Of a stretch of DNA of 64,000 nt, positions 50,094 to 63,595 are shown one piece after another. Source of the DNA: Haliotis rufescens. Its lineage: Eukaryota. Location of the stretch: positions 64,418,001 to 64,482,000 of the forward strand of contig NW_025963779.1 of NCBI RefSeq assembly GCF_023055435.1. The letters run 5' to 3'. Each line of letters starts with the position of its first letter. Positions within the stretch are counted from its first letter, which is position 1. Position numbers and translations under genes: made by a program. Below the pieces are notes generated by a model, which saw only the letters and a program-made list of their open reading frames with translations, made no database searches and was not told where the DNA came from.

Positions 50094-50333
50094 GACCCGT
50101 GAAGGTCCGGGGTAGAATAGGTCTTCAGCAACCCATGCTTGCCGTAAAAAGCGACTAACGGGATCTGGTGGTCAGGCTCGCTGACTTGGTTGATGCATGT
50201 CATGGTATCCCAATTGCATGGATCGATGCTCATGATGTCAATCACTGGATTGTCTAGTCGAGATTGGTTTATTTACAGAACGCCGATATATAGCTGGAAT
50301 ATTGCTGAGTGCGTCGTTAAACAACAAACAAAC
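50094..50333 (+). mobile_element. SINE-like family C (no tRNA head; structured 5' end)
   Basis: GACCCGTGAAGGTCC...GCTGGAATATTGCTGAGTGCGTCGTTAAAC(AAAC)n; at least nine copies or fragments in the window. Confidence 0.8.
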
Positions 50334-50744
50334 TTTCCTGGTAAAAAATATGTTATTGGTACCAGTGTACCGGGGCGTCACGAGACCGACTGTCGCTCAT
50401 ATCGTGAAACTATAAAACAAACAAACAAACAAAACACAGCATCATCGTCCTCTCATAGAAAAATGCTTGGGTGCGAATCAGCACACATTTTGGTTGACTA
50501 AAATGTATTGTGAATATTCGTCGCCAATCGCATCTTTCCGTAACACAACAAGGCATTCGGCGTGTCCCGGAATGACACGAGGTGGTAACATTAATTGGTG
50601 ACACACCCAAATTCATTTAGCAAAATACCTAAGTCGTTATTATTCCCCAAACAACTTCATATTTGAGACTTGGATGAACCATACAATACAAAAAAAAGTT
50701 ATCAACAGGTTTATGAATACCGTTGTTGAAAACATCGAATAGAA

Positions 50745-50845
50745 CACAGGGCCACGGATAGCCATACTATACTGACTGTACTGATTACATCTTTTTTTAA
50801 TGTAATCAGTACAGTCAGTATAGTATGGCTACCCGTGGCCCTGTG
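50745..50845. mobile_element. 101-bp hairpin MITE with 8-bp TSD (P-element-like termini)
   Basis: 46-bp arms with one mismatch, 9-nt loop, CA...TG ends, GAATAGAA duplicated at 50737-50744 and 50846-50853. Confidence 0.85.
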
Positions 50846-51274
50846 GAATAGAACGACGGACTTGTATGATAGAACTTAGTCTCAACAGAGACCATAAAAT
50901 ATATATATATATATATATATTTTTACGGTCTCTGGTCTAAATGGTATCAACTCATTGTTACGTTGAAGCCAGTCTGCCAACAGAGGTCGCTGGCATAACC
51001 AGTAATTTTTTTTAGACTGTAATCCTCTCCTTCTCCTTAGCAGCTGCACAAAATGCGAAGGGCAGGCAAACCAGTCTAGTGATTTTTTTCCAGGCTTGAC
51101 GGAAATAGCCGAACGTGAGATTGTGTTGAAGTTCGCGAAATCAGAGTTAACTCCCCTGATGTGGCCAACTAAACCGCTGAGGGCGCTAACACTTGTTTTA
51201 TTTCTCACTGACACGTTCACAGCAACACGACAGGTGCCTCAAATTTAACGTCATAATTTGAGTAGTTTCAGATT

Positions 51275-54200
51275 ATGACAGCAAACGGTCGAGGAACAAT
51301 GAGACCCCAAGGACGTGCACCACCTTTTCTCCTAATTGGCCTGTTAGTAGTAATGTGTATCCTTGGGTACAGTTATTGGAGTGTAGCAAGTACGAGCAGC
51401 GACCAAGCTTCACAAATCGTGACACTACAAGATGAAGTTAGAATATTGTCAACGCGAAAAATGGAAGCTGACAAACGGAGTGAATCTTCAAATGACAAAA
51501 TTGGGACTCTTGAGAAACGAAACACAAATCTGATGTCTGAGTTACAAGAAAAAATAAAAGCAATGGAATCAGTTAAGAGTGAACTCAGTCGGAAAGAAGA
51601 GGACCTCAGGAATTCTAACACCGAATTGGACAACAAAGCAGAAGGACTGGTGAGTTGTTCTCAGTGTTTGAGCAGAGTTTACTGCTTAAAAAAAGCTACC
51701 AAAATTCAACATACATGTTTCCATGGTTATGCATGTTATAACGGGTTGCGGTGGGTCCTAATCTCGTACACAAAACGACCTCGCACACGGAAATTTCGGT
51801 AATTTCTTCGATCTACACAGTTGAGTACGTAATCTCTTACATGAAAAAAACGTTAGTACACAGTTGAGACAATTTTAAATGGAAATATATACTATTATGT
51901 TGGGTAGGTCCTGAGTAAGACCCTGGTACCCACTTGACTACCCGGACCCTTGGTTAGTCACGTGACATACTGTCTAATGACATTAACAACAAAACTCAAT
52001 GGTTACACTACAAGCATAGCTAATGTTCACATTTCTTTCTCACTATGCAGGCATTCGTTCTGACTTTTATATGTTTGAGTAGGGATAAAGCGTCAATCAA
52101 CTGCAGTGTATACCGGGTGATAGGGTGTTGGGTACCCTGGTAGTAAATGTGGTCTCGTCCCCGCCCTACATGTTACGACAAGCACTTGCTTTTTCCTCTG
52201 ATAGTTTTTTCTGGGATGCTAATTCCAAAAATTGTATGTATAAAAACTTGAACCATTCTTGTGAAGACATGGTTAGCATAAGACTTTTACCAATAACTGC
52301 TTACTCATAGGTCATGTCATGCTCTGATTTCTTGTGTTACTAGTCATGCTTTTAACATGTTTAATAAGAAACTATGATGCATGATGTAATAAAAATAGTA
52401 AGAGCAGTCGAGGCAGTAAGCTCAACCTCTTCGAGTTCCCCGAAAGATTTGTCTGTTTTCAAAAGTAAATGGTTTGGTGTGGGTAAAGTTAGTTTCCATG
52501 ATATGAAATTTGCTCCGTGGCCATGCTGATGTAGGCTGGTGCAGAATAAGCTGCAGTAACCATATCTCCGCGCTGCACCCAATAAACGATTTTGATATTG
52601 ACTTGTCGCTACACAGAGCATGTGACTCCCACAATTATCCTAATAGATGACATGCAAATTAAGTTAATATATCCTTCGGGGCTAATAGAATTAGAAAGTT
52701 ACACATTTTGAAATGTTTTCTTTTAACATGTACATGATGTAAGTATCAGATGATTACTCTATACAGACTGCAATCACTGCTGTTCATTTATTGTGATATA
52801 CCAAAGTAGGGATACCCGGGAATACTAGGTCCCTAGTATCCCATGCTTATTATAAGAAACAACAAAAAGGATTGGATGGCTTTGTATATTGATACTAGAG
52901 CCCCCCAGTCCTCACTCATTTCCTGTATACATTCCATCCTTCAACCCTTCATTGAGGTTTTCTATAGTGAGACTATACAGTTAGTATGGTAAGGTAGTAT
53001 ACACAATTAGTTTGAGCACATCCTCCAACCTCAAATGTTTTTGTATCACTGAATAAAGGTGAGCTTCCGTACCTGTGGTATTCTGGTTCATGATTTAGGG
53101 GAAGTTAGATTGCCATATGTAAGTTTCTTCGATCTATACAGGACATTTTGAGGAAGTAATCTCTCTGTGAACACTGTCTTTACATGCTGAACTGTCTAAA
53201 GACTTCTAACATGCTGATTCTGTGATTTCAGACTAAATGTGAACAAGACTCAAATGGAATTAAAGAAGAGCTCCAAAAATTGAAAGGTAATTTACAACTA
53301 ACTATTAATATTTCAATAATGTTCCAATTTAATGATCATGTGCCAGGATTCATACAAGATCGCATAAGTGGTGATTTTTGTTAACACTGTTTGAAATTGA
53401 AGGGCCCTTGGTGTTTGCTGCTATGGAATGTAATCTGGAGACGCTCTAAATATTTTGCATTTCTTTTTAATGACTAGGTCATGACAAAGACCCATTGATT
53501 TCATGCTTTGTTTTAAGCACTGGGATTTATCAAGAATTCTAAACTAAAGGCCCTGATCATTGCTTTGTTCAAAATGGCATTTCTTTAAGTTGAGATGTGT
53601 TTATTGGTCTAGTACGTCAGTGAAATACAGGTTATCCCTACAAAGCAGTAACATTAGCGTTTAGTTAAACAGTAAACTACAGATATAGCGAACTCAAATG
53701 GACCACTAATTTTAGTTCGTTATAAAAGTAGTTCGTTATAAGCATATTGACAACATCTATACAATAAATGACCGGGACCAAAAATAAAGGTCATAATACC
53801 AGTATCCGTCCGTTTGTTGTTATAAGCATGTTCGTCATAAACATATTTTACTGTATATTTTAACATGAATTGGGAACATTTTAGTTCCACTTTTGGAGTT
53901 TTGAATGATATTTGCTTCAGATTTGGGGCCGATTCATAACATAACCATTGCCAACCTGGAATAACAGCTTCAGTATTGTGGTTGTCTCTTGGAAATTATG
54001 TGGTACATGCTGTTGCCATTGAGATATATTCTACTTATAGCATGTATAGTACAAGTCAAAGAGTGTGTCTTACAAAGAAGGTGTTTTCTGGTCCTTGTGT
54101 CCATCAGTTAAAGAGCTTAAGGTTGTAATTGTTAATGTGCAAATGGAAATAGGGCTTACTACACTACCAATGTAATGAAACTTGTTTTATTTGCAGTTGA

Positions 54201-57200
54201 TGGACATGAATAATGCAATGAATAAAAGACAAGGTTTTCATTTAATAGACCAGCAGCATTAACATTTTGTTCTGGTAATTTTTGTTTTCAGAGGAGACAG
54301 AGTCTCTGAAGGGAAGTATGGACAAAAAGCCAGTGCAGTGTGATCAGAAGTAAGTTTTGTCTTTCTATCAATCCCTGTAGGGATTCTGGTTAGAATAAAC
54401 TATTTGTCCCTAGCAACAACCTATGCTTGTCGTATAATGCGACTTGAGGGATCGGGTCAGGGTAGGTGTCTTACAGTTGAATGTCTGTCATCGACGGTGT
54501 GGATTGTTGTTCATAATATTGATCACTGGATTGTCCGGCAAGGTTTGGTTGTTTACAGGCACAGTCATAAAGCTGGAATACTACTGAGTGTGGGGTTAAA
54601 CAACAAACTTTCTTCATAAAGTAGGTTCAGTTACAGGTGGGGTGGTGAGTTATAAAAGCAAACACAAACAACTAGTTCAGTCAGATCAACAATAACACAA
54701 TCCAGTGAAGTCAAATACAGTAGGACAGATTTATCCAGGTAGAATTAGAATGTGTTCAATGGGGTCACATACAATTGAACAAATTTAGTAAGGTCTACAA
54801 TACAACATGTTCGATGTGGTAATATGTGTTTGGTCAGATAATCTGGTTTTGTCAGTTTGGACCCCCCAAAACAGGTTCAATGAACATGGTCAGATCTTTA
54901 ATAAAACAGGTTCAGTCATGTCAACACAAAAACGGGTTCTCCAGATCGAAATAAGAAACCAGGTTTAGACAGGACAAACACAAAAAATAGGTTCATTTCA
55001 GACATTAAACAGGTTCAGTCAGGTCACCAATAAAACAGATCCAGCCAGGTCATGAATAAAACAGGTTCTGTCAGTTCAACAATAAAACAGGTTGTAATCT
55101 GTACCAATAGTGCCTGAGTCCTATCATAACATCAAGTAATACAAAGCCTTCCACTATCACGGCCGTCTGGAGGGCACTTGTAGCCTGAGGTCATGAGCAT
55201 GTATGTACATAATACTATTACTTGTTGATAAGAAACTTGATATCTAACAGAAACATTATAACACTATCATGATGAAGTTGATCCTCAGGCTGGGCTACAT
55301 TACCATGATTGCTAGGGGTGTTTATCACCAGAGGTACCAGCCATTACGATTTCGGTGGAATGAGTCATTCCATTATTGTGAACCATATACTGCCAATCCG
55401 ATTATATTTACAATTTTCTTGAGAAACATCCTTGTCATTTACACTAGTTATTGACCTTGTTACAGGCATTGTCACATACAAACCAGTTGTAAACGATAAA
55501 TCATTTGGTTTAGCTTGTGATTTTAAAGGTTTGTTTTTTAGGAGATTTGATGATGACATGCAATGGATGATTCAAGTTTATTGACACCTTATAGTTAGTC
55601 ATGCATAAGGTGATTTCCCAGATATTCCTATTGCCTCTACTTGGGGTTGGGGTGGTGAGTCATCTCTGTATGAGTGATGGCAAACAAAGAGTGAATTAAC
55701 AACAGTATTATGGAAGGGGGTTCTACTGGGGACCTGCAGCATGAGGACGACTTACAGAGTTCTTCGTCATGCTGTTGTCACAGCTTCTTCTGACTTTACC
55801 ACTAGTACAAAACATGTCTAGTATGATCTGTTTTGCTCTAGTTAGCTTAGCCAGTAATTCAGATAAAAACAAGTATTCATTGTGAGAAATGCCCTTTTTA
55901 AACACATTCCACTATTCAGTGGAGTTTTTTTCCGTTAGCTCTGGCAATAATAATTAACCTCCAGTCTGAACTAGGCTGAGGGCTATCTGCACAGGCTATC
56001 ACTGGCTTATTCAATGCTGCTTTGTGGGGCAGGGACTCGTAACTTGGGTACCCAGTTCGGGTGGGTCCTGAGAAGGACCCGGGTACCCACAGGACTACCC
56101 AGACCCGTGGGTAGTCAAGTGATATAGTGTTTAATGACAGAAAGTCACCATAGCTCAGTGGTTATGCTACAAGTCGCTAATGTTCCCATTTCATTCTAAT
56201 GATGCACACATTCCTTTTGATTTGTATATGTTTGAGTAAAGATAAAGCTTTAGTCAATTCAGTGTACGCGTGATCTGATTGTTTGATACATGTATCTAAA
56301 TAGTTTTTGCCAGGGCTGCAGTAAAACAATTCCCAATCAGTCATTTTGTTCCAGCTCTTGAGATCTACAGTGACCATCAGGGTAGGGTCGAGTAATAGCA
56401 GGTTGGGTACATGGGGAGTAAATTTGGACTCATCCCAGCCCTACTGCTGTGTTTTATATATTCAAAGTAAGTCTCTGGAATGTCAAGTGATGAGAAATCT
56501 GTAGATCCTGAAAATCAATTTGAAAAGTCCCAGGTTGAAAAAGTAAAAATGATACAAGAGATTGACTTGGAACCATCTAAGGTTTGACTGCAAGGGTGAA
56601 TTAAGGGTGAAAGCAAAATGGTGACATCAGAGTAGGTTTTCTTTGAATCACTGAGTGGGGTGTAATCATTTTGTGCACACAGACGTTGTTCAGCCACTGC
56701 AGCCAGTGTGTTGCCATGAGTTGTCAATGTGGCATGCCACATCTGTTGCCGGAGGACTTTGGGGATCAATAGTGGACAGCAAACCTTCTGCCTCATATCG
56801 ATGTGGTATTGTATCTCAATCAATGACTTTTCCACCACGCTGGCTTCAACATTTTTGTAGACATGGCAGACAGAATACTATTTACAAAGTCCATTATCTT
56901 AACATAGACACATGATTTGTAGATTTAACCAACAGTTTGATAAAAATATTCATTTGTATTTTATACTAGTATGATTTGTTTTGGTCTAGTTCGCTCAGTT
57001 ATATTTAAGACCAAAATCATCAGAAATATGCTTTATGAGAAATCCCCTTTTTTCCGACACATTTTGCTATTAACACATGCATGATTAAGACATGGACACC
57101 GGTCAGTTAGTCCTGGAAATGGAGAAGGACTACTTGTTTTCTCCCCAAATCTAGCTGTGTTACTTTAACCACAAGTCTGAACCAAGCTGAATATGACTAT

Positions 57201-60200
57201 GACCACTCTTTGATGGTCTTGATCTCAAAGTAGAGATAATTAATGGATAACAACTTCTTTATTTACTGTAATGGTAACGTTTTGGAATAGATCCTTATAC
57301 TGTTGTCAACCTTGCTTCTATACCGAAACATCACCTTCAGTCAACTTCTAAGTATTGCCTATCAAACAATTGGTCTTGATCTATCATTCATTTTGGTTCA
57401 AGTTCAATTTTTGATCATTTGAGTGGCAAATAATACAAATTTAAAAACATTCTTACCTAAGAAATGACTTATTAAAATGATTGATAATGCCTCTTGCCTG
57501 TATCTGATCTGTTTTATTAGACATTAATTTACATTAATAGCAAGTACCCATGAATTTAAAGGCTCACATATTCCTTAAGCATGTTAAGCTGCCATATCCC
57601 CATCTTCCCGAGGCAAGTGAGTTAACTGACTATAAAAGTCCAGGTTCCACCCTTGCCGAACTAGGCTGGTATTATGGAGTTACATTTTGGCTGGACTAAC
57701 GAGTCTATGCATAGTCCAATCAAAATCACGCACTGAAATCGAAATCCGGTTCTTAAAGTGTCATGCAGATTTCAGTCGACTGCAGGATTTGCAAAGCATG
57801 TTCACCGCTAACTCGTTGTCAACAGATATTTTCTAAATGTTTTCATGCTTTTAATCAAGGTGATCACGTGATTTGATGCACTTCGCGTTGTAAGACTCGT
57901 TTTATCACAATATAGATCTTGATTATCAATCAGATCGTCTTGACTGGGCGCCACCGTTTTGTTTGAATCAAATGCAAGTGATACGAGAGGTTGAATCTGA
58001 TTGGTCAATAGGAGAGGCATAGAAAGGACATAACTCGTAATAGCCACTGGTGGCGCTACGATAGAGCCCAGGAATTCCAGCCTACCCCGGTAGTTCGGCA
58101 AGGGTGGAAACTTGACTTTTAAAGTCAGTTAACTCTCTTGCCTCGGGAAGATGCCATATCCCCATCTCCTCATAATAATGACTGTCAAGCTGAAATATTT
58201 CTGAGGCATTCAGTGTTCCCACTGGCTTTTGAAACTGCTTGTCCTGGTGTCTGGCAACTCTAAAAATTACCAGTCCCCTCTAATTTTTGTCAGTCCCAAC
58301 TTTCAACAAATGAAAAAATGTATGAAAATTACCTGGTTTTAATTCCTTCAACATCATGTTCAATGCAATGACTTCCTGTTTGCAGTAACTTAGTTAGATC
58401 TACAGGTCATTCACACAAAGTCCAGTCATAAATTTCTCCTTTTTAACAATATTTTTACTCTAAGTCACTAAAAATACAAATTTAACCTGGAAGCAATGCA
58501 AAATGTTATTTCCTTGCACTAAATTTGACAAGGGGAAACCCTGATGGTGACAGACAAGCTGACTTCATTCGAAAAATATACTTATATGAATATTGCTAAT
58601 GTTTTGTTCAACAACAAAGATTTATAAGGTACTCTATTTGCCGGTCCATAGGGACCGGCCGTCACATGAATTACCAGTCCAAGCCTAATTTTACCGGTAA
58701 AAAACTGGTAATTACCGGTAGACGGGAACACTGGGCATTGTTATCCCAAGAATTATAATGGAAGGTGTTTATGCTATATACAGGGGAACAGTTATGGCAC
58801 AGGTGACAATTTTTACACCTTGATCAATAATGTTTTCTATAGATGATAGGGCAGTGGGGTAGCCTAGTGGTTAGGGGTACAATGTGTGAAGCCCATTTCT
58901 GGTGTCCCCCGCCATGATATTGCTTGAATGTTACTAAGAGCAATCTAAAACCATACTCACTCACTCACTCTATAAATTTCAAGTTAAGTTAATATATTTT
59001 ATGCAGTCCGCAACTTTAGATATATAACACTAAAATGTACCAGACATGATGCTAAGTGTCAAGTTTTTAGCTCGTAGACTCAAAAGTTTGGGGCACAGAC
59101 TGTTTATATCCAACAATTGTGACAGTGTTAGTTTTCACTTGTAACCATGGTAACTTGGGCTTGAGGATGTGGCACATGATCCCACTAGTGGTAGGACAGT
59201 AGGGACAATTAATCCGTGGCAGATGACAGTTATAGGATACTGTTAACATGGTTTTTCAATAGGATTAACCAAGATTTGATTGATAGTTAGTAACAGCTGA
59301 ACAATCTTTAATAAATGGACATGAAATAAATGAATAAACGTTCTAGAGTTAATAACTTTTGTTCAAATAATATTTTTGTATTTCGCAGTTTAAGTTAAAT
59401 TAAGTAATTGAAGTGTTCTGGTCCGCCAGTAAGCTGTCCAGCACAGAAGATCTGAATGAGCTAACGTATTCGACGTAATAAGAGCCCTGCTCTAATAAGC
59501 GCCCACGCTGACATTAGCAAAGACATTGGCTAGTGAACAATCCCAATTAGCACCCCTTCCGATTGATCAATGTACACAAAACTTATTTATTTGCGTATAA
59601 TATGCGCTCATGTGTTATATGCACTCTTAATTATGGGCAATTAAATTCTGGAAAAATATATCTGTCGTACATAAACATTTCAGCATTAACCACGAAATTT
59701 ATCTTTCAACTTTTTTTCACCAAAATAATATTCAAATATTTCTAATTTTGAGAGTGCACTGGGTGCTTATCACGTCAAATACGGTAATAGTTATAGCATG
59801 GTCTGTTCTCCTTTAGTTGACGTGTACTACTTCTCCGAACCTTTGAAGGGATAACGGCATCATAAGTAGACTGAATGCATTGAAATAAATGTTTAGGAAT
59901 CTAACGCTCAGAAAGCACAAGGCCGGATGTTGGCAGGATTTGTGTCCAACTAACCCTTATTTTTCTACACAGCAATGATCTTTGAACACAGTGAATACCT
60001 CCAAGCTTTATGTACCATACCACATCATTAATCCCTGGGTTGTATGTAATTTATCATATTTTCTCGGGCTTGACTGTGGATGCTTCAAGATTATTACGTT
60101 TTACAGCAATATTTATGTAAAATCATGACACAGTCTAGTGGTCAGCAAGTGTTTTGGTTCTACTTGAGTATGTTTGTTTCTATGATTAGTAAACCAAGAT

Positions 60201-63068
60201 AAAGTGTGTCTGAGACTGAAAGTGTGACAAACAGTATGTTGTATGTTGTAAGTTGTCATGTTGTTTCAGTTCCTGTGAAGAACCTATCAGGAACATTTTG
60301 ACTGTACTGGTAAACAGCTTGGGAAGACAGCAGATCATTGCGACACTTCAGAGCAACAACATTGACGCCAACAAGTTCATGTGAGTCTTCAGTGCCCTGT
60401 GTCAGCTAACCAGCATTGTATCTAACAGGAACAATAGTATTCCATCGCAGTGGGGTTCTGGGATGTCGGGGACAGAATAGTAAGGACAAAAGTAGTTACA
60501 GGCCCGTTAAGATCTGTGGTAGTGAAGGTCTTCTGCAACCCATGCTTGCCGTAAAAGGCGACTGTGCTTGTCGTAAGATGCGACTAACGGGATCGGATGG
60601 TCAGGTTCGCTGACTCGGTTGATGCATGCATCGTGTCCCAATTGTGTGGATCAATACTCATGATGTCAATCACTGGATTGTCTGGTCCAGACTCGATTAT
60701 TTACAGACCACTGTCATATAGCTGGAATATTGCTGAGTGTGGCGTTAAACAACAAACTAACACCCAAACAAAATAGTAGTTACATTGTCACAGGGATTCC
60801 TGGTAAGAATAGGGCCCCATGCAGCACCACATATTTGTCACAAGAGCAATAGTTACATCGTCAAATGAGTCTCTGAAGTTCACAGGGATTCCTGGGTCAG
60901 AATAGTTGTCACTATCCCACAACTAAAAGCTGACCACTGAGGATTCGGTGGTTACAATCAATAACAAGATGTGACTTGATGTTTGTGTTGGGTGTTGCCC
61001 AGAGGATTTGGATGGCTTCTGATGCTGTCAACCACTGGTTTGCCTGTCCTAAATTTGATTATGTACAGGCTGCTGTGATATTGCTCTTCAACAATGATTA
61101 GAGAATTCAATATCCTCATCTAAGACATGTTGTAGCTGATTTCAATGTTATACTACTTGTGTTTAGTTATCTTTTGGGTGTGTCTAGGACCTGCATCACT
61201 TGGGTCTTTCATGCCACTTGAAGCTGACATGCAGTGATATAACTAAATTACTGTTCGAAGCGGTGGCTTGCTGTAAGAGGCGACTATGCTTGTCGTATGA
61301 GCCAACTAACGGGATGGCATGGTCAGACCTGCTGACTTGGTTGATGCATGTCATCGTATTCCAATTGTATAGATCGATGCTCATGATATCAGTCACTGGA
61401 TTGTCTATTAGAGACACAATTATTTACAGACCTCCGTCATATAGCAAGAATATTGCTGAGTGCAGCGTTAAGCAACAAACAAAAAATCAAAGCAGTGTGA
61501 AATTTTTTATGTGAAGTTGAATACAAGTGAGTTTGATGTAATGTTCTGGAATATGTATCAACCTTACATGATAGATAATCAATCCTGCAGGCCAATCTGA
61601 AGTTTCTTACATCTGTAATCTTATTACTTGCTTACACTATGCAGAGTTACGTCTCTTGGGCATGCCAGAAATCTCTGATTCTGGGTTTGAATCCTGATTC
61701 AATCCTGACTGAATCCTGACTTTCGTCTCACATCAAGCTGACACGCTGTGATATAACTGGAATACTGTTCCAAGCAGTGTTAAACCCAACTCACTCACTC
61801 ATGCTTACCTTTCCAGCCCTGCTGAAGGTGCCCAGCAGCCCGGAGTCAACCCAAATCTTCAGCCACTCAATCCTGCAGGCCAACCACAGACTGGTGATCA
61901 ACAGCCTGTAAACAACCAGGGGCAGCCTGCAGGAGTGAACCAGTCCGGTCAGAACCTTGGTGGACAGCCACAACTGCAGAATCCTGCAGACCAACAACCA
62001 CCCCAGAATCCTGCCGATCCACAACAGCAACAGAACGCTGGCCAACAACCACCCCAGAATGCTGCCGATCCACAACAGCAACAGAACGTTGGACAACAAC
62101 CACCCCAGAATCCTGCCGATCCACAACAGCAACAGAACGTTGGACAACAACCACCCCAGAATCCTGCCGATCCACAACAGCAACAGAACGTTGGACAACA
62201 ACCACCCCAGAATCCTGCCGATCCACAACAGCAACAGAACGCTGGCCAACAACCACCCCAGAATCCTGCCGATCAACCTCAGCAGGGGCTCAATGTTGTT
62301 CCGCAGCCCAATGTGAATCAAGAGGAAAATCCAGGTCAGCAGAATGTAGTTGGGGTAGAAGGGAAGGGTGGTGTCTCAGAGCATGAAGCAGGTGTGTCTG
62401 CTGGTGTAAATAGTAGTGCCATGCATGAACAGGGTAATAGGGAGGTGCCAAGTAGTGAAGGAAAGGCTGATAGTAAAGCAGTTGCAAAGGAGTCAAATGT
62501 AACCACCACCACCATCACAACAACCAGTGGAGAGCCAGAGAGGAAAGAAACCAGTAAGACTGGAGAAACGAAAAGTGGAGGTCTTTTGAAAGGGCTGTTG
62601 GCAAATGCGAGGGGGCTAGAAACAGATGTCAAAGGTTCAGCAGGGAAAGTAGACAGGACTGAAACTACCAAAGCTGGAGAAGCCCCGACAACAAATGGTA
62701 CACCCAAAGAAGGGCCAGTGGCAGACGGCAAAGAACCTGCAGCAGATGTCACAGGGTCTGCTGAGGAACTCAAGGACACTGAAACAACCAAGTCTGGCAC
62801 AAATGGTACTTCCAAAATAGTAGCAGACGGCGAAAAACCTGCAGCTGACGACAAAGAAACTGGAGATAAAGACAAGAAAACAAGATATAATTTTAAAGAA
62901 GGTCAAGGCCCAGTAGAGAACTTTAAAGGCAAAGAAGGCTTCGAAGTTCTTGATGAGTTTGGAAAAGAGCTGAAGAGACTCAATAAGTCGAAGCATGGTA
63001 AGCTAGATGGGACTCTAACAGATATTATCATTGCCCCCGTGAGGTTACCGCTTGTTCAAGTTAGGTAA
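51275..63068 (+). CDS. GOLM2/CASC4/GOLM1-like type II Golgi membrane protein
   Basis: Exons 51275-51649, 53232-53286, 54292-54349, 60270-60380 and 61817-(63068) join in frame. N-terminus GRAPPFLLIGLLVVMCILGYSYWSVAS (short basic tail, one TM helix, YW motif), then coiled coil and a low-complexity region. The last exon may splice out earlier and the gene may continue beyond the window. Confidence 0.72.
53670..53853. mobile_element. Tc1/Tigger-type MITE relic
   Basis: CAGTAAA...TTTACTG-TA termini with repeated GTTCGTTATA subterminal motifs. Confidence 0.5.
54371..54608 (+). mobile_element. SINE-like family C, divergent subfamily
   Basis: Same layout as 50094-50333, with substituted stems. Confidence 0.65.
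54620..55095. repeat. Degenerate tandem repeat of about 30 bp
   Basis: Recurrent AAACAGGTTCAGTCAGGTCAACAATAA-like units. Confidence 0.5.
56030..56443. mobile_element. hAT-like non-autonomous element (related copy at about 51895-52147)
   Basis: CAGGG...CCCTA termini and repeated GGGTACCC motifs; colinear with 51895-52147. Confidence 0.5.
57601..58153. mobile_element. Mutator-like MITE with 9-bp TSD
   Basis: TIRs of about 63 bp (CATCTTCCCGAGGCAAG...); CCATATCCC duplicated at 57592-57600 and 58154-58162. Confidence 0.85.
58211..58733. mobile_element. hAT-like MITE with 6-bp TSD
   Basis: TIR CAGTGTTCCC / GGGAACACTG; GGCATT at 58205-58210 and 58734-58739; repeated TTACCRG motifs. Confidence 0.7.
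59464..59785. mobile_element. Tc1/pogo-type MITE (second copy)
   Basis: Colinear with 28845-29187. Confidence 0.8.
60501..60770 (+). mobile_element. SINE-like family C copy
   Basis: Colinear; carries a duplicated TGCTTGYCGTAARA.GCGACT hairpin. Confidence 0.78.
61255..61485 (+). mobile_element. SINE-like family C copy
   Basis: 5'-truncated colinear copy. Confidence 0.7.
61998..62285 (+). repeat. Coding 51-bp tandem repeat (PPQNPADPQQQQNVGQQ, about 5.5 copies)
   Basis: Seen directly in the DNA and in ORF 61935..63068. Confidence 0.92.
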
Positions 63069-63595
63069 TAGTGACCAGGATAGGATGGATTATGATCACT
63101 AATGTAGTATACATGTCACATTCATTGAGTACACTGATTACAGATGAGTTACAATCAGATAATGACATTTAGCATCATCGCTCAAAGATCATGGAACTGA
63201 AAACATCCTTCATCATGTAAGTAACATTAAACAGATATCGTTGGCAGTTTTGAACTAGTTTATGATAAATCCACATCCTATCCTGGTGTTGTGAAACGTT
63301 TGGCACCTCCCTTTTGCAGTTAACTAACTGTGGTTCTGCTTGTAGTGTCACAAGCTGTTTCTCAGCTTATTTTAGAGCATTTCTGATGCATGCTATTTTC
63401 TTATGCTTTTGAGTAAGAATGTTGCAGGTGAGTATATTTTATCGTCATATCTGGAAATGGGGATGATTTGTATCCATAATCAAAAGGTATATGTCGTTAT
63501 TGTGACGTGGTCAACATGTTTGATCAACAAATTGCAATATGTTATAGGATTTAATATAGGGAAGGATAACTGCATTTAGATAGCTAGGTACAGTG

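Noticed and set aside
61791-62321. Minus-strand ORF with repeated hydrophobic RILGWLLSNVLLLLWIG units (membrane-protein-like)
   Set aside because: Antisense shadow of the CAA/CAG-rich coding repeat on the plus strand.
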